A stretch of DNA of 64,000 nt from the human T2T-CHM13v2.0 reference genome, Homo sapiens (GCF_009914755.1 NC_060925.1); one strand, 5' to 3'. Counted from the stretch's first letter, positions 14,783-29,770 are shown. Notes: generated from the sequence alone by a model not told the origin. Made by a program: numbers and translations.

Positions 14783-15921
14783 CCACCTTAAGTGGAAAAT
14801 AGCAAGATGAATGTAAAGGTTTATAGTCAGCAAACTAGTCAGAGCTCAGCAAATAAATGAAAGAATACAAAGAACTTCCTTGACCTTGAAGTTATCTTTC
14901 AGACTTTAAAGGGGCCCTTTCCACTTAAGCAGGCTTGTTATTTTCACAGTTTTATGAAGCAATATGAACCTGTTGGATTTCTTTTCAAAGCATAGTAACT
15001 AGACCAGTATTGACATCCTTAAAAAAAAAAACAAATTTTTCTCCACCATTTTATCTTGCCTAATGAAAAACCCATTCATTTAGCCTTTTGGCAATTGTTA
15101 TAACATGCACTCTGGGATTTTTAAGAATAGTTTTCAAAGGAAACAGAGAGGTGGTTCCTCTCCATTTCATTCTAGCCACAGTTAACCTAAGCATTTAGAA
15201 GTTTTCCTTCCAGATTTCTACTGCTTTTATTTCTTTTCCTATGTTCATTCATCACCATAGATGCTATGGTAGGAGAGAAAGCGGTTTCAGTTGCAGAACT
15301 TGCTTCCTGTTAATACTTCCATTACAGAACATTTTGGAAACAGATGCAATGACTTAAATATAATAATAAAAGTAAAATAATTATATCCAGACAACTAAAG
15401 CCAAGTGAAAATAATTTTGCAAAGTGAATTTTTATTTTCCTCTTCATATAACAGATACATTGATATCAGTCCTTACCTCTCTGCTCACATCCATTAGTTT
15501 AATAAATAATATTGGAGATATAATTTGCATGGTAATTTTATGTAAACATGTAGATCACTATGTTTCACCTCCACTGCAAAAACATGACTTATTATTTCAT
15601 GTATTGTAGTGACGATGCTCTCTAAACATAACAATTTTATATTGAAAGCACATTACATGACATAAAACAGAAATTTGTTTTATTTCACAAATGCCTGCAG
15701 CGTAACATATTTCCACGTTATTCAATAGGATCCAGAAGTGTATTTAGGAGATGGCTCACAAAATTCTTTTCACTGGCTTAATAGCTTTTTGAGAGAGGAG
15801 ACTGGTTCCTAATCATTTTTATTCTATTCACAGCATGAAGTTCACAGTGAGTAATAAAAAGTTTGATCAAATTAATGAACAAATGAACGTATTGTAAAAA
15901 ATAGTGTTAAAAACACAAAAT

Positions 15922-16385
<464 letters not shown>

Positions 16386-18889
16386 TTATTTTAATGTTTC
16401 AAAGGTATCAAAACAATAAATGAAACCAAATAAAACTTAAAAATAACAACCAAAAGGAAAGTCTTCAGTCTCCACGCAGTGCTTTGATGTAATATATTTA
16501 TGTTTTCTTCCTCCTCAGGCCTCACTAAAATAGTTGCATAGGATGGTACAGTTCTTTCTCTTAAAGTACTTCTGTACTAGGTAATTTTTTTAAGTCTCTT
16601 CTATATATAATTTATTTAAAGATATAAAGGGCCTCTAGGGCTCTCAGGGACCTCCATGTTTTGGCAAGGAAGAGAATGAAAACAGAAGGTTCCTAAAATT
16701 ATGGAAACTATTTTTTGGGTAACTTAAAGCAAAACAAAACAAATGAACAACAAACAAAAGTAGAGAGATATAAAAGATATCCCTGAAACTGTTTAATCTG
16801 GTGACCTTTCTTTACAGACCAAAAGAGCACTTCTTTTCTAAGATTGACATAAATGCATAAATTGTGCATCCTAAACCTTACTGGAGTTATCTAATTCTAC
16901 TATAATGTCACTTCCAATTATGGGACAAAAAAAGTCAAATCTTATTCTTGCACTTCCTGGTAGAGATATTTTTCACCTGTATCAGGGCCTAGAATTGAAA
17001 CTGGAAAATAAGCTACAATAGAAACTGAACTATGAAATTGAACTACAGAGTACAGAAGCCAGCTCAGAATACAATTCGTCTGTTTTTACCAAAAACCATG
17101 TTCCTGGGAACATACACCTGTTTGCATGCTAAGAATCTTGAAATTTAAAAAAAAAGCATGATAAAATTTAGGAAGAGGACAATTTTTTTTTCACCATTCC
17201 CCAAATCTATTGGCCATTTACTCCCCCAGTTAGTTTTTCCAAACAACTTTAGAAGATCAACACAAGGTTCAATTGATTATCCTACTTAGATAAGGAATTG
17301 TAAATTATTAAGTTTGGCTTTGAGACTTCACTTTACATTTGCACATTTATACTTACATATATACCCATATCTAAAAAATTGCTTTCATTTTTAAAATAAT
17401 CCCACAGTCAAGTAGTACACCATCATCCAAGCAAGACTGCTTGTGTGAAGATAGACACCTGGTGGTCAATATGTAGAACTGCAGCTCAGGAAAGACCTAG
17501 ATTTCTTTGAGGTTGTCTCTTGTTTTTTCCCCATTTCCCACTGCTTTCTGGGTACAGATTGCTGTTGATGGTGGACATACTGCAGCTGTGTGTGAGTGAG
17601 TCTCAAGTTCAAGTCAAGAGATTTCCAGAACAGTTACATCAACTCCATGAAAGCTTCAGGTCACAAGTTTTCTGAATTATTTGGAGAGCCAACCAATGTA
17701 GCATGCTAAGAATTTTTAAAAGTTACTAAAATCTCTTAAGCAAGAAGTTGAACAGGAGCCTCAGTGTTTGGGAGTAAGGGTTAATCTCCACCTACAAATT
17801 TCTGCATTTCCTCTGTCAGGATAATAAGCTTCTGTTTCCTTTGGGGAAGAAAAAAGAAGTGTCGATTCCTTTGTCACCACAAAAGCAAGCATTTTGAGCT
17901 TTTAAATATGGCCCTGCCCCTGAACCGACCCTGCCTCGTGTCTAAGTGCTTTTCTCCAAATTGAACCTCACAAGACAAAAATACATAACTTAAAGAAATG
18001 GCAAGCTAAAATCTCTCTATTTTTTTGTTACTCCTGGCTATTAATTTTATTCTCTTCAATTTTTAAGTCTTGAGATAAGCTTCTGGAAGCAGATACAGAA
18101 TAGTTTCTAACTTTCTCAGAGTACACTTGGTTTTAGACAGGGAGTGGAATCATAGCATGGGTTCTCACTCTACTTGCATCGGTAAAGGAGGAGGAAAGAC
18201 ATGCATCAGAAGGACAAATGTGTGAGTTGGCTCTATGTCTGATGAAGTGACACACTACAGTGCCGGAGATGCCCTGATTTCCCATTAAGCTACTACAGAG
18301 AAAGGCATAGCTTAGTCGCATGGGCTGAATTCCTTATGGTACAATTATAGGCACAGTCACACCTGAAATGACCAGACATCGTGGTCAGAATGCCCTTTGC
18401 TTAACTTCTATTGGGCCTTTGCTCTGTGCCAGCCACTGTGCACAGGCTGCCCCAAATCATGCCACAAGCCCTGTCTTTCTTCTTGTTTCCAGTTGGCCCA
18501 GATGGACACACAGCATCCCAGTCCTGGCAAGCAGAGGGCTGGGGTGTCCTTGCTTGGGTCTAACCCTGGCCTCCCATCCTGTTTCTAACCGATGTGTGTA
18601 CTCATATACATACATCATCATGTGAAAGTCAAGGCCTTCTCCAATATTTAGAGGCTGACTGGTCAGTAGTTTTATCACCAGAAAGAAGAATGGGAAAAGA
18701 TATCAAGAAACCTCCTTTGTCATGAGAGAAACATATTAATTTGGATTGAATAATGTAGTAAATATAGTGACCCCTCTTTCCATCCTCAGTCAAATTAATG
18801 TGAACTTCTGGCCAGGTTTGGGGACACTGGAAGAAGACTTCCTCGTTGCGACTATGAGAACTATCATATCACAAGAACCATTTAAATGT

Positions 18890-19222
18890 CAGATGCACAA
18901 TCCTCTTTCTGAAACCCTTGTGAACAAATCCACTATTCAGAATTCAGAATTTTCAGACGGTAGATATGTAACACAGTCTATACATTGAATATTGTGGAAT
19001 ACTCTGATCAGGGACTGGAGTAGGACCCCTAATTCAACACATGAAGAGTTCTATTACTGAATGTGTGGTGGTCACATCAGTAGGGATAAAATAAACAAAA
19101 GTAGTCTCGCATTGGTTCAGATCAGGCATTATCATCATATGATTCTAGCACACATGAAAAAACACTTGCTTATCAGACTATTTTTGAATATTTGATGGTG
19201 GATAGCAGACTGCGGTTCTGCC
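18890..19222. mobile_element. Old Tigger-type DNA transposon MITE (tentative)
   Basis: Starts cagatgcacaatcctctttctgaaaccctt; degenerate inverted end near ggatagcagactgcggttctg. Confidence 0.4.
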
Positions 19223-19705
19223 TGTGTGTGATGCAAGAGACATTCCCAGGCATGCAGCCCTGTCCAGAAGGCTCCTACAACTCTCCAAAATCAATAGGGC
19301 AAACTACACCACCAAGAAGGAAATCTATTATCAAGTAGCCCATTTTCTTTGTTCATCAAAAGGCAATGTATTCATCATAAAACTGTAAAACTTTTAGAAG
19401 AAAACATAGAAAAATATCTTCATTATCTGGGATTAGGAAAGGAATTTTAAATGATGCAAAAGCATGATACAAAAAAGAAAAAATGAAATTTTATCAAAAT
19501 CAAAAACTTTTGCTCTGCTAAATCACTTCCAAGAGAATAAAAAGACAAGCCACAGACTAAAAGAAAATATTTTCAAATCTCCTATCTAACAGAGAACTTT
19601 ATATCCAGATTACATAACAAACTCTCAAAACTCAACAATAAGAAATCAAATAACCCAATTAAAAATGAACAAAGAGATTGAACAGATGCTTCACCAAAGA
19701 AGACA

Positions 19706-20204
19706 CAGGAGACTCCCCCACCATCGCCTCCTTAACCACAGGGGATACATTTCAAGACCCCCAGTGGATGCTTGAAACTGTGGATCGTACTGAACCCTAA
19801 ATAACTACTCATAATAAAACAATTATAATAATTTACTATAATAAAAGTTATGTGAATGTGGTCTCTCCCTCATCTCATACTGCACTCACTCTTCTTCTTG
19901 TGATGATGTGAGATGATAAAATGACTATGCGATGGATGTGGTGACAGTAATCTGATAAGTGAGATGCCTACTCAGTGACTAACAGGCAAGTAGCCTATAC
20001 AGCATGAATACACTGGACAGAGGGGATTCATGTCCCACGGAGCAGGGCTGCGCAAGATTTCATCACACTGCTCAGAACAGTGTGCAGTTTAAAACTTACG
20101 AATTGTTTGTTTCTGGAATTTTCTATTTAATATTTTCAGGACACAGTTGACTGCTGGTAACTGAAACTGCAAAAAGAAAAACCTTGGATAAGAGGGGACT
20201 GCTG
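19706..20204 (-). mobile_element. MER44/Tigger7 (TcMar-Tigger) DNA transposon
   Basis: caagacccccagtggatgcttgaaactgtggat at one end; ggataagaggggactgctg followed by TA at the other. Confidence 0.8.
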
Positions 20205-20229
20205 TATAAAGTACGAGAAAAGATGTTTA

Positions 20230-20751
<522 letters not shown>

Positions 20752-20844
20752 CTACGCTATAACTCCACAAGGCCGATCCTGAGTATTTACCCCAGGAAAA
20801 TGAAAATGTATGTTCACATGAAACTGATAAACAAAACTTCAGAG

Positions 20845-20881
<37 letters not shown>

Positions 20882-23291
20882 GTAGCTTCAAACTGAAAAT
20901 AACTTGAATGTCCCTCAATGAGTGAAAGGGTAAATAAACTGTGATACCACATATGATGGAACACTATTCAGTCATAAAAAAGAACAACTTAGATAACTCT
21001 GTGCTGAGTAAGAGATGCCAGTTTCAAAAGACAAAAGCACAATGGTGGAGAAGAGATTAGTGATTGCCAGGGATTATGGTGGAGGGAGGGGTGAATATAA
21101 AGGGACAGCATGGGGAAGCTTTGGGGGGTTATGGCACTGTTTCGTATCCTCTTTGTGGTGGTTACACAAATCTATACATATGTGGAAATCCATAGAGCTG
21201 TACATCAAAGAAAAAAGTCAACTTTACTATAGGATAATTTGGAAAATAATTTTTTTAAAGGCCAATGCATTCCTATTTGACTTTTCTATTCACAGTTTGT
21301 TGTCAATCTCTTCTTTACTGAACTGATGACATCCTGTTTTCACTAACACTGCTTGCCTGGCGGGGAGATATGAGGCATGTGTGAGGCATTGCAGATACAA
21401 AGATGAGTCAGGCAGAGGCTCATGCACAGGGCTCACCACCTGGGCAAGGAAATGAGACAGGGAAGTGAAGAGACGTCAACAATTTATGCTACAGAAATTC
21501 AAGGGGTGAGAAATCCCTGATCACTATGGGAAGTGTAAGCACAAAGCGTGTTTTCTTAACTCAACCAAGAAGGAATAATTGGTTCTGTTTACTGTTTCCT
21601 TACCAAATATATTTTTTGGTAATTTTGAAGACTCCCTTGCTTTGACCAAAAAATATTAAATTTAAAAATCTCATTAGTTGATAGGAACAGTGCCTGCTGG
21701 GTTGTAAATTTATTGAAACATGGCCTGTCCTAACCAGCACTCTGACACATAGAAGTCCCGTCACTCATTATATAAATCCATTTATTAAATAAATGGATGA
21801 AAGATAATATCATGAGCACAATATTTGAATCATTGCTAGTCATTGCGGTATTATTTTGTATTTAGTTGTCATATTCATCAGTATAGCTTCTGTCATAGTC
21901 ATTTGGAGATGAAACATATTTTAATTAATATGTGCCCACTTCATTCTGAGGCTCTGTAGGTGGCACTCCCCAGGGGAAAGTCCCTAAAAGTGAGTCACCG
22001 TGATTATTCATGTCCTGTGGCATCAGTCTTTGAAACCAATATCTACAGGAAATAAATACCAGGAATGTGAATGCAGATGCCTTGAGAAGACCACTAATCC
22101 TGCTATGATAAGTAACTGGGCAGTTATTCAAGTGGGGTGTTTTTAGTGCCATGGAAACAGACAGAGTCGGTGTTTTCCAAGGGAAAGTGTTTTAAATCCA
22201 GAGTCCTGCCTAATCTGGATATAAATATGCTGACTGTTATGAATCTAGCTTCCTAAACCAAGCCCTACCTTAATTTCCTCATATGTGAGGTAAAGGTCAC
22301 CCACCACAGTCTGGTGTGAATTCATGGCAATTAAGGTTCTTACTTAGAAGAAGTCATTATTTTTATTCCCATCTGGGCAGAAGTCAAGTTCAAAGTCAGA
22401 GTTGTATCAGGGTTCAGCTTCTGTGATCAGTCAGACCATTTATGTTTAGAAGTGAGTTTTCTAAAGTAAGTGCTAAGTATTTTAGGCAAAGAAACCCAGC
22501 TGTGAAAATACTGCTAACATTTGTACAGTTGTTTTATATGTGGATTTATTTTTACTTGCACTTACTTTAGTGCGATTCTTTGCAGAGAAGTTCCTCTTCC
22601 CCTCCTCTCCTTCCCCGTCACTGCCTCTGGCTGCCTCTCGTGGGTCATTTGAGAAATGACAGTCTCTCTCTAATCCTTATGGGTCACAAGTGTTCTGCAT
22701 CATGGCACACCCTTGACTAATTAGCATTAATAAGTGATGCTGGGAGAAAGAACCCTGGAGAAAAAGCAGAAGGCTTGTTTTTGCCAAATTGGAATTGACC
22801 CAGCTAGCAAAATTTTCCAGCGTACTTTCTTACTCTCTTGCCTCTTGTGTGTTCTTGCTGCCTAAACATACGTTTCTGACATGAGGTCTTGGACAGCCCA
22901 TGAAATACACTGCCCTGCATACCTTTTGTTCCAGGGGGCATGGGGACTTTATTTATTTAATAAACTTTTCCTAAACTGTTTACTGTGTGCAGGCCATAAG
23001 GGATAATAAGACATCATTTCTGCCTCCTACCTTTTTATGTTGTTTTAGCACAGATATGGCAAAGATATATCTAACTATATATTAGTTATTGAGCACCTAC
23101 TGTGTGAAAGGCATTGGGCTAGGTACAAATAGAAGAGCCTTGCAGAATAAACAGGACTTCAATAGGCAGGGAACCAAAATAGGACAGGCCAGGTAGGCTG
23201 CGCAGTAAAAGGAAAAGCTCAAAGGCAGGAAAGTAAAAGTCCAATTAGAGGGCTCTGGGTAGGGAATCCAAAGCAAAAGGGCTTAGTGGGA

Positions 23292-23798
23292 ACTTCTGGG
23301 TCTATAACCAAAAGCAGGGTTTCAAAGAGATATTTACTTCATCCATGTTCATAGCAGCCATATTCATAATAGCCAAAACAAGGAAGCAACCCAAATGTCC
23401 ATCAGTGGACGAAAGGATAAACAAAATAGCCTTAAAAAGGAAGAAAATCCTGCCATACACTACAACATGGATAAGCCTTGAGGACAGGATGCTAATGAAA
23501 TGAGCTACTCATCAAAAGAAAATACTGCATGATTCCACTTACATGATATAGTTGAGAAATCACAGTCATAGAAACAGAATATAGAATGGTGTTTTTCAGG
23601 GGCTGTAGGGGAGGAGAGAAAGAGGAGTCATTGTTTAATGGGTATAGAATTTTAGTTTTACAGGACAAAAATTTATGGACATGGATGGGGTGATGGATGT
23701 GCATTATGAATGTATTTAGTAACACTAAACTGTACACTTAAAATGGTAAAAACTGTAAATTTTATGTGTATTTTACCACAATAAAAAATGGAAAAAAA
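23292..23798 (+). mobile_element. L1MB 3' end
   Basis: catgttcatagcagc...gcaacccaaatgtccatcagtgg...tgtacacttaaaatggt...ttttaccacaataaaaaa. Confidence 0.85.
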
Positions 23799-24863
23799 TG
23801 GGCATAGTGGAAAAACTCAGGGTTCAAATCCTACCTCTTTCCCTTATGCACTGGTTCTTCATATACAGACTAAAAATAACAATTGCACTTTTCAGGGTTG
23901 TTGTAGGTATTTAAGAAAATCCACTTAATACATGCAGGCGGAGGTTAAAGATAGTTTTTCATATTAGTCAGTTTGACTATAGCAAACAATTTATGAAGGA
24001 GAACATGGAAAATGAGGTGGCAAAAGCAGTTTAGAGCCTCAAGTGAAATGCCTTGAATGCCTATCTATAAAATGGAGCTTTATTCTGTGAACAGTGAGGA
24101 ACAATTGATGGTCAGTGAACAAAAGAGTGACATGGTCATGGAACTGTTTTCAGAACAATGAGGAGCAGATTAGGAGCAGAGAGAGAAGGGACTCACCAAA
24201 TAGCTGGCAATTGCTGCAGTGGTTCTGCTGAGAAAGTGGAAAGGAAAAGGTTTATTTGAAGTGACGGTACTTTGCTATGGGAACATTTTTATTCTACTTT
24301 AAATAAAATTCAAAGTTATATCAAGAAAACTTCAGGTAAAATGTAAGTTAATGTTTTCCATGCTTGATCAATTCCCAATTTTTTAATCAAACACTACATG
24401 TTTGGTGACAAAACATAAATGTGATGTGGCATCCTTCCATCAGCACACACTTTGTGTGTTAACAAACAGCAAGACGCTGATTTCATAAATCCCAGACCAG
24501 ACAGCACCTCAGGTTCTGGGAACCTTCTGCCTCTAAGAGACCACCCAGCTTTCAAGGGTCCACACAGATCTAAGTGAAAAGCTATAGGAATAACCATTTT
24601 GGAACCAGGTTACCTCAAAGACTTTCAGATGTTTATTTGGACATTTAGGCACATTTGGAAGAGAGCAACATAATGTCCCCAAAGAGGAAATCATTGAATA
24701 AAGGCGTGTGTTAAAAAGAATTGTGCAGCCATTAAAATAGTGTGTTTATGAAACAATGCTCATGGTATATTAAATAAACTAACCTAGGAAAAAATGTTCA
24801 TTAGGTTATCATTTCTGTTACAAAGTTAAACATATATGAACATACTATTATGTGTATAGGTAA

Positions 24864-25178
<315 letters not shown>

Positions 25179-25540
25179 CACATTATATTTTTAACAGCGG
25201 TAGTCTATGACTGAAGAAATTATGATGGTTTTAAATGAGAGATTACAAACTGACAGCTTAAGGTTGCGTTTGACTTCTGGACATTTTTGTTCACTTAACC
25301 TTTTCTGTTCTGTTACCCCTCTTTACACTATTCTCCAAGGACCTACTCACTTTGTGTATATTTTGATTACCTGCCTGAGCACTGTAGGTGTTCCTGGGTG
25401 AAGTTTTCACCTTTGCGCTTTTCTACAACAAGCAGGCTTTAATTTTATATAAGAAAAAGCAAAAGTTTTAATAATTAGCTTCAATTTGCAGTGTGCACAT
25501 TAGAATTAAAAAAATTTCCTTTAAAAAAATTAGATAAATC

Positions 25541-25593
25541 ATTGCAGTCTGGCCTGGGTGAAAGAGCGAGACTCCGTCCCCCCCCAAAAAAAA
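25541..25593 (+). mobile_element. Extremely 5'-truncated Alu (3' ~45 bp plus tail)
   Basis: attgcagtctggcctgggtgaaagagcgagactccgtc plus A tail; TSD aaaaaaattagat.a.tca. Confidence 0.85.
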
Positions 25594-26219
25594 TTAGATC
25601 AGTCATTTCCCTTCTACTGCCCTTAGTCCTAGGGTACAAGAAATAACAGCACACTTCCCATCATCCCCATGGGAGACTCCTCAGCTGATAGGTCTCTGTA
25701 TGACCAGCTCCACCTCAGCCCTTGTTTTTGAAGGCTCTAAACATTCTGATCTTAACACTTGGGGTGGAAAACCAGAGTAAAATATTTATCTATGCATGAT
25801 GGTCAGTATTTAAAGTGGGAGAATAATAAAATTATTATTCAATACAAGCAATTTTGGAAGGTGTAGAATCTTTAAAAATATGAATCGCTTGAGTGAGGAA
25901 AATCAAAGCAATTTTCGGTGGTGGTACATTTAATATTCATTTAATCCAAGAACTTCATTTTACAAATTGGGAAATTAATAACCAAAGACATAAATCAGGT
26001 AAGACTTGATTAATGAAATACTGAATAGAATACTAGGTAGATCTTATGCAGTGGTTACTGGGGACCAGGCCCTTATCCATGTGAGCTGCAGACTCATTCA
26101 ATCCTCTCAGCAGCCGGCATGGTAGGTGTGACTTCTGCCATAGTGTTTGTTCTGTTTCCAAATATATTAACAGAGATGTACAGAAGCAGCAGTACAGACT
26201 TTAGAGCTGATGAAGAACT

Positions 26220-26365
26220 CATTGATCACCTTTCTCAATGTCCACTTTTATGAGTAAGGAAACAGAGGACGATGCATATTTGATGACTTGCCCAAAGTCA
26301 CTAGCTTCTAAGACTAAAATTCCAGCATCCTGGCTGTTTTCCAGGTGTTCTTTCATCACATTATG
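26220..26365 (-). mobile_element. MIR
   Basis: cacttttatgagtaaggaaacagagg...tgacttgcccaaagtcac, the MIR core. Confidence 0.7.
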
Positions 26366-26402
26366 TTCCCCTCATCTGTGAACTGAAAAATAAAATAGTT
26401 AA

Positions 26403-26725
26403 GACCGGGCACGGTGCCTCACGCCTGTCATCCTAGCACTTTGGGAGGCTGAAGCTGGCAGAGCACCAAAGGTCAGGAGATCGAGACCAACCTGGCCAAC
26501 ATGGTGAAACCCCATTTCTACTAAAAATACAAAAGTTATCCAGGTGTGATGGCGCATGCCTGTAGCCCCAGCTACTGTGGAGGCTGAGGCAGGAGAATTG
26601 CTTGAACCCAGGAGGCTGAGGTTTCAGTGAGCCCAAATAGCGCGACTGCACTCCAGACTAAGCGACAGAGCGAGACTCCATCTCAAATAAATAAATAAAT
26701 AATAAAATAAAATATAATACAATAA
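26403..26725 (+). mobile_element. AluS with (AAAT)n tail
   Basis: Full dimer with a TSD of approximately aaatagttaa. Confidence 0.95.
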
Positions 26726-27038
26726 ATAAGTTAAATTACTAACATTTTTACTTAATAAAGTAGGATGATATGAAGGAACTTTTTATTAAGGAAGTCAAGA
26801 AAAGCTATTATTGAAAAAATGAAGAATATATTTTATAATTTTATAACAAGGACTCTGGCTAATAAAAATAAACAACCAGGTGTATTTTCATTCTATTCCT
26901 TGGAAAATATGAAGTACTCATTCTTACTCAAAAAAATAGATAACGTTAATAACCATACATCTATTACATAATTGAATGTAAAATTAAAAATCTTCCTCTA
27001 AGAAAACCCCAGACCCAGAATGCTTTCATTGGTGAATA

Positions 27039-27362
27039 CAAGCGGTTGGCAAACTGACCTGTGGACCAAATGTGGCCCAACACGTTTTTCTACAACCAAC
27101 AAACAAAGGAGAGTTTTTACAGTTTTAAATGGTTGGGAAGTAATTGAAAAAAAATAGTATTTCTTGACATCTGAAAGTTATGTCATTCAAATTTCAGTAC
27201 CCATAAATGAAGTTTTGTAGAAACACAGCCATGCTTATTCATTTTTGTATTGTCATAGACAATACAATGGCAGCATTGAATAGTTGTGGCAGAGATGGTT
27301 TGGCCTGTAAAGCTTAAAATATATGCTATCTGATTTTTTTAAAAGAAGTTTTCTGATCCCTG
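27039..27362 (+). mobile_element. MER58B-like hAT-Charlie MITE
   Basis: caagcggttggcaaact...gaaacacagccatgcttattcattt...gttttctgatccctg. Confidence 0.8.
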
Positions 27363-27478
27363 AATTCTACCAATGAAGGAATAAGGAATACCAACTCCAC
27401 ACAATTCTTCTAGAAAACAGAAGAGAACACTTTTCAACTTCATTTTATGTAGCTACCAAAATATACACATGACATATA

Positions 27479-27789
27479 CAGTCTTGTCCCTTGATATCCA
27501 TGAGGGATTGGTTCCAGGACCCCCGTGGATAACAAAATCCAAGGACAGTCAAGTCTCTGACATAAAATGGCATAGCACTTGTATGTAACCTATGCACATC
27601 CTCCTGTATACTTTAAATCATGTCTATATTACTTATAATACCTAATACAATGTAACTGCTACTTAACTGTTATACTGTATTTCTATGTGTACTATTTTTT
27701 ACTGTTTTATTGCTATTTTTCCAGATATATTTGATCCATGGTTTGTTGATTCTGCAGATGCGGAATCCTGAGATACAAAAAGCCAATCA
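27479..27789 (+). mobile_element. MER2 (TcMar-Tigger)
   Basis: TA followed by cagtcttgtcccttgatatccatgagggattggttccaggacccccgtggataacaaaatcc. Confidence 0.85.
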
Positions 27790-28041
27790 TACACTGGAAA
27801 CTATAGATCATGGCAAAGAGAAATTAGAAGACCCAAACAAATGAGTCCTCATGAATTGAAGGACTCAATATTATCAAAATGTCTATTCTGCTCAAACTGA
27901 TCTATAGATTCAATGCAATCACAATCAGAATCCCAGAAAGAGGTGTTTTTGCTTATTTGTTTGTTTTCTGTTTTGGTAGAATTGCTAAGCTGATTTAAGA
28001 ATTTATAAGGAAGTACAAAGGACCCAAAATGACCAAAATAG

Positions 28042-28184
28042 TTTTTGTTTGTTTGTTTGTTTTAATGAGATAGGGTCTCACTATCTTGGCCAGGTTGGTC
28101 TTGAAGTCTTGGCCACAAGCAATCCTCCCACCTCAGTCTCCCCAAAGTGCTAGGATTACAGGCATGAGCTAGTGTGTCCAGTCA
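28042..28184 (-). mobile_element. FLAM / Alu left monomer
   Basis: Antisense monomer with (TTTG)n tail; TSD caaaatgaccaaaatagtttt. Confidence 0.85.
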
Positions 28185-28462
28185 CAAAATGACCAAAATA
28201 GTTTTAAAAAAGAAACAAAGTTGGAGTTCTTATGTCATAGGATTTCAAGTTTTATTATAAAGCTATAATAATCATGACAATATGGTTAAGACATAAGGAT
28301 AGAGCTGTAGATCAGTAAAACAGAATAGAGAGTCATAAAATAGTAACTCACATATTTGAACAATTGTTTTTCAACAAAGAAACCAAAGTAACTTAATGGA
28401 GAATAAAGAAAGGATAATGTTTTGAAAACTGGCGCTGGAACAACTAGATATCCATATTTTAA

Positions 28463-28554
28463 ATAGGAGGAAGGAAGGAAGGAAGGAAGGGAGAGAGGGA
28501 AGGAAATAGCAAATAATTTGTATTCTTTCCCTCCCTTTCTCTCCCTCCCTCTAT
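28463..28554. repeat. (GGAA)n tract within an imperfect inverted repeat
   Basis: Purine tract ending ggaaatagcaaat, then atttgtattctttccc and a pyrimidine tract. Confidence 0.75.
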
Positions 28555-29195
28555 GGGTACAAGAGAAAACATCTCTTCAGAATGCTATTTTGGGTGATGA
28601 ATAGGTTATATGTTAGGAGAGAAGGGTTCTAACCACAGAGTAGGTGGGCATTGACTGAAGGACTAAAGAGTTTTATTCTTAGTATAAAGGCAATAGGACA
28701 CATTGTAAAATATTGAGTGGAAATGTGATATAACTGGAAGGGCATTTTAGAGAGCATTTTAAAATTGAAATGTGTAGGAAGGATTTAAATACTAAGAGAT
28801 TAAAGTCATGGAGAGCAGTAAGGAAGCTTTTACTAATTTGAAGCATGAACACAGACGAGCTAGGACAGGGTGCTATTTTTGGGCATGTTCCCTTCCTTCC
28901 CTGTAAGGGGCAGACAAATCTTGGGAAGAACCAAATAACACATATGAAATGAAGAGGGCCATTTCCTGACAAAATAGATCAGGTATGAAAGGAGCTCCAG
29001 GGAGAAGAATATCAACAAAGAATCAAATAATTGAGGAAGACTTCGTGGAGGCAGTCAGATTTAATTTGTGCCTTGAAGCAGGGTGGAATTGAGATGCATG
29101 AACTTGTATAATTGCACGAAGAAGGGAGAGCACTAGACAAACAAAGAAAGTAAATGTAGTATTGTAACTTTGGTTTGATTATATTTTAAGGGAAG

Positions 29196-29375
29196 TAATT
29201 TAGGCAAAATAATGGTTTCCCCAAAGATTTCTCCATACTAATGTTAGGACCTGTGAATATCTCACCTTACATGCAAAAGGAACTTTGCAGTTGTGATTAA
29301 GGTTGAGGACTTTGAGATGGGGATATTACCCTTGATTATTTTAGTGAATCCAACCTAATCACATGAGTCCTTACA
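29196..29375 (+). mobile_element. MLT1D-like LTR 5' part
   Basis: ggacctgtgaatatctcaccttacatgcaaaaggaactttgcagttgtgattaag. Confidence 0.7.
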
Positions 29376-29424
29376 GTTCTAGAAGGTTAGAAGTCCAACA
29401 CATGTTTCACTCCTTAATAATACA

Positions 29425-29770
29425 CTTGTGGCTGTTAGCATCCAAAGACATCCCCTGACAATTCCTCTTTTTTAAATTTATTTATTTTTTGCATGTATTT
29501 GCCTTTGAATTCTGGGCCAAACTTGTAACTTCCTTTGGTCAACAGAATGCGGCAGAAATAATATTCTGAAACTTCTGAATTGAAATCTTAAAAGGATGAT
29601 CAATGTCTACTTCCTGCCTTGTAGAATCTGGGTGGCATGCTGTGAGGAGACACAGGTAGCCCTTGGAGAGGCCCACATGTAGAAGAACTGAGGCCCTAGG
29701 CCAATAGCCAAAGTTAAGCTTCCCATTCAACACCCAGCGTCAATTGTCAGCTATGTGAGTGACTTTCCAG
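29425..29770 (+). mobile_element. MLT1F/G-like LTR fragment
   Basis: tggtcaacagaatgcggcagaa...ggagaggcccacatgtagaagaactgaggcc. Confidence 0.65.

Larger units (their letters stand above)
26930..28460 (+). mobile_element. Old L1M ORF2 fragments hosting MER58, MER2 and FLAM
   Basis: ctcaaactgatctatagattcaatgcaatc...ggcgctggaacaactagatatccata. Confidence 0.75.

Noticed and set aside
15225-15360. Acceptor-like sequence (ttttcctatgttcattcatcaccatag) followed by ATG
   Set aside because: No convincing donor or ORF; such motifs are common by chance.
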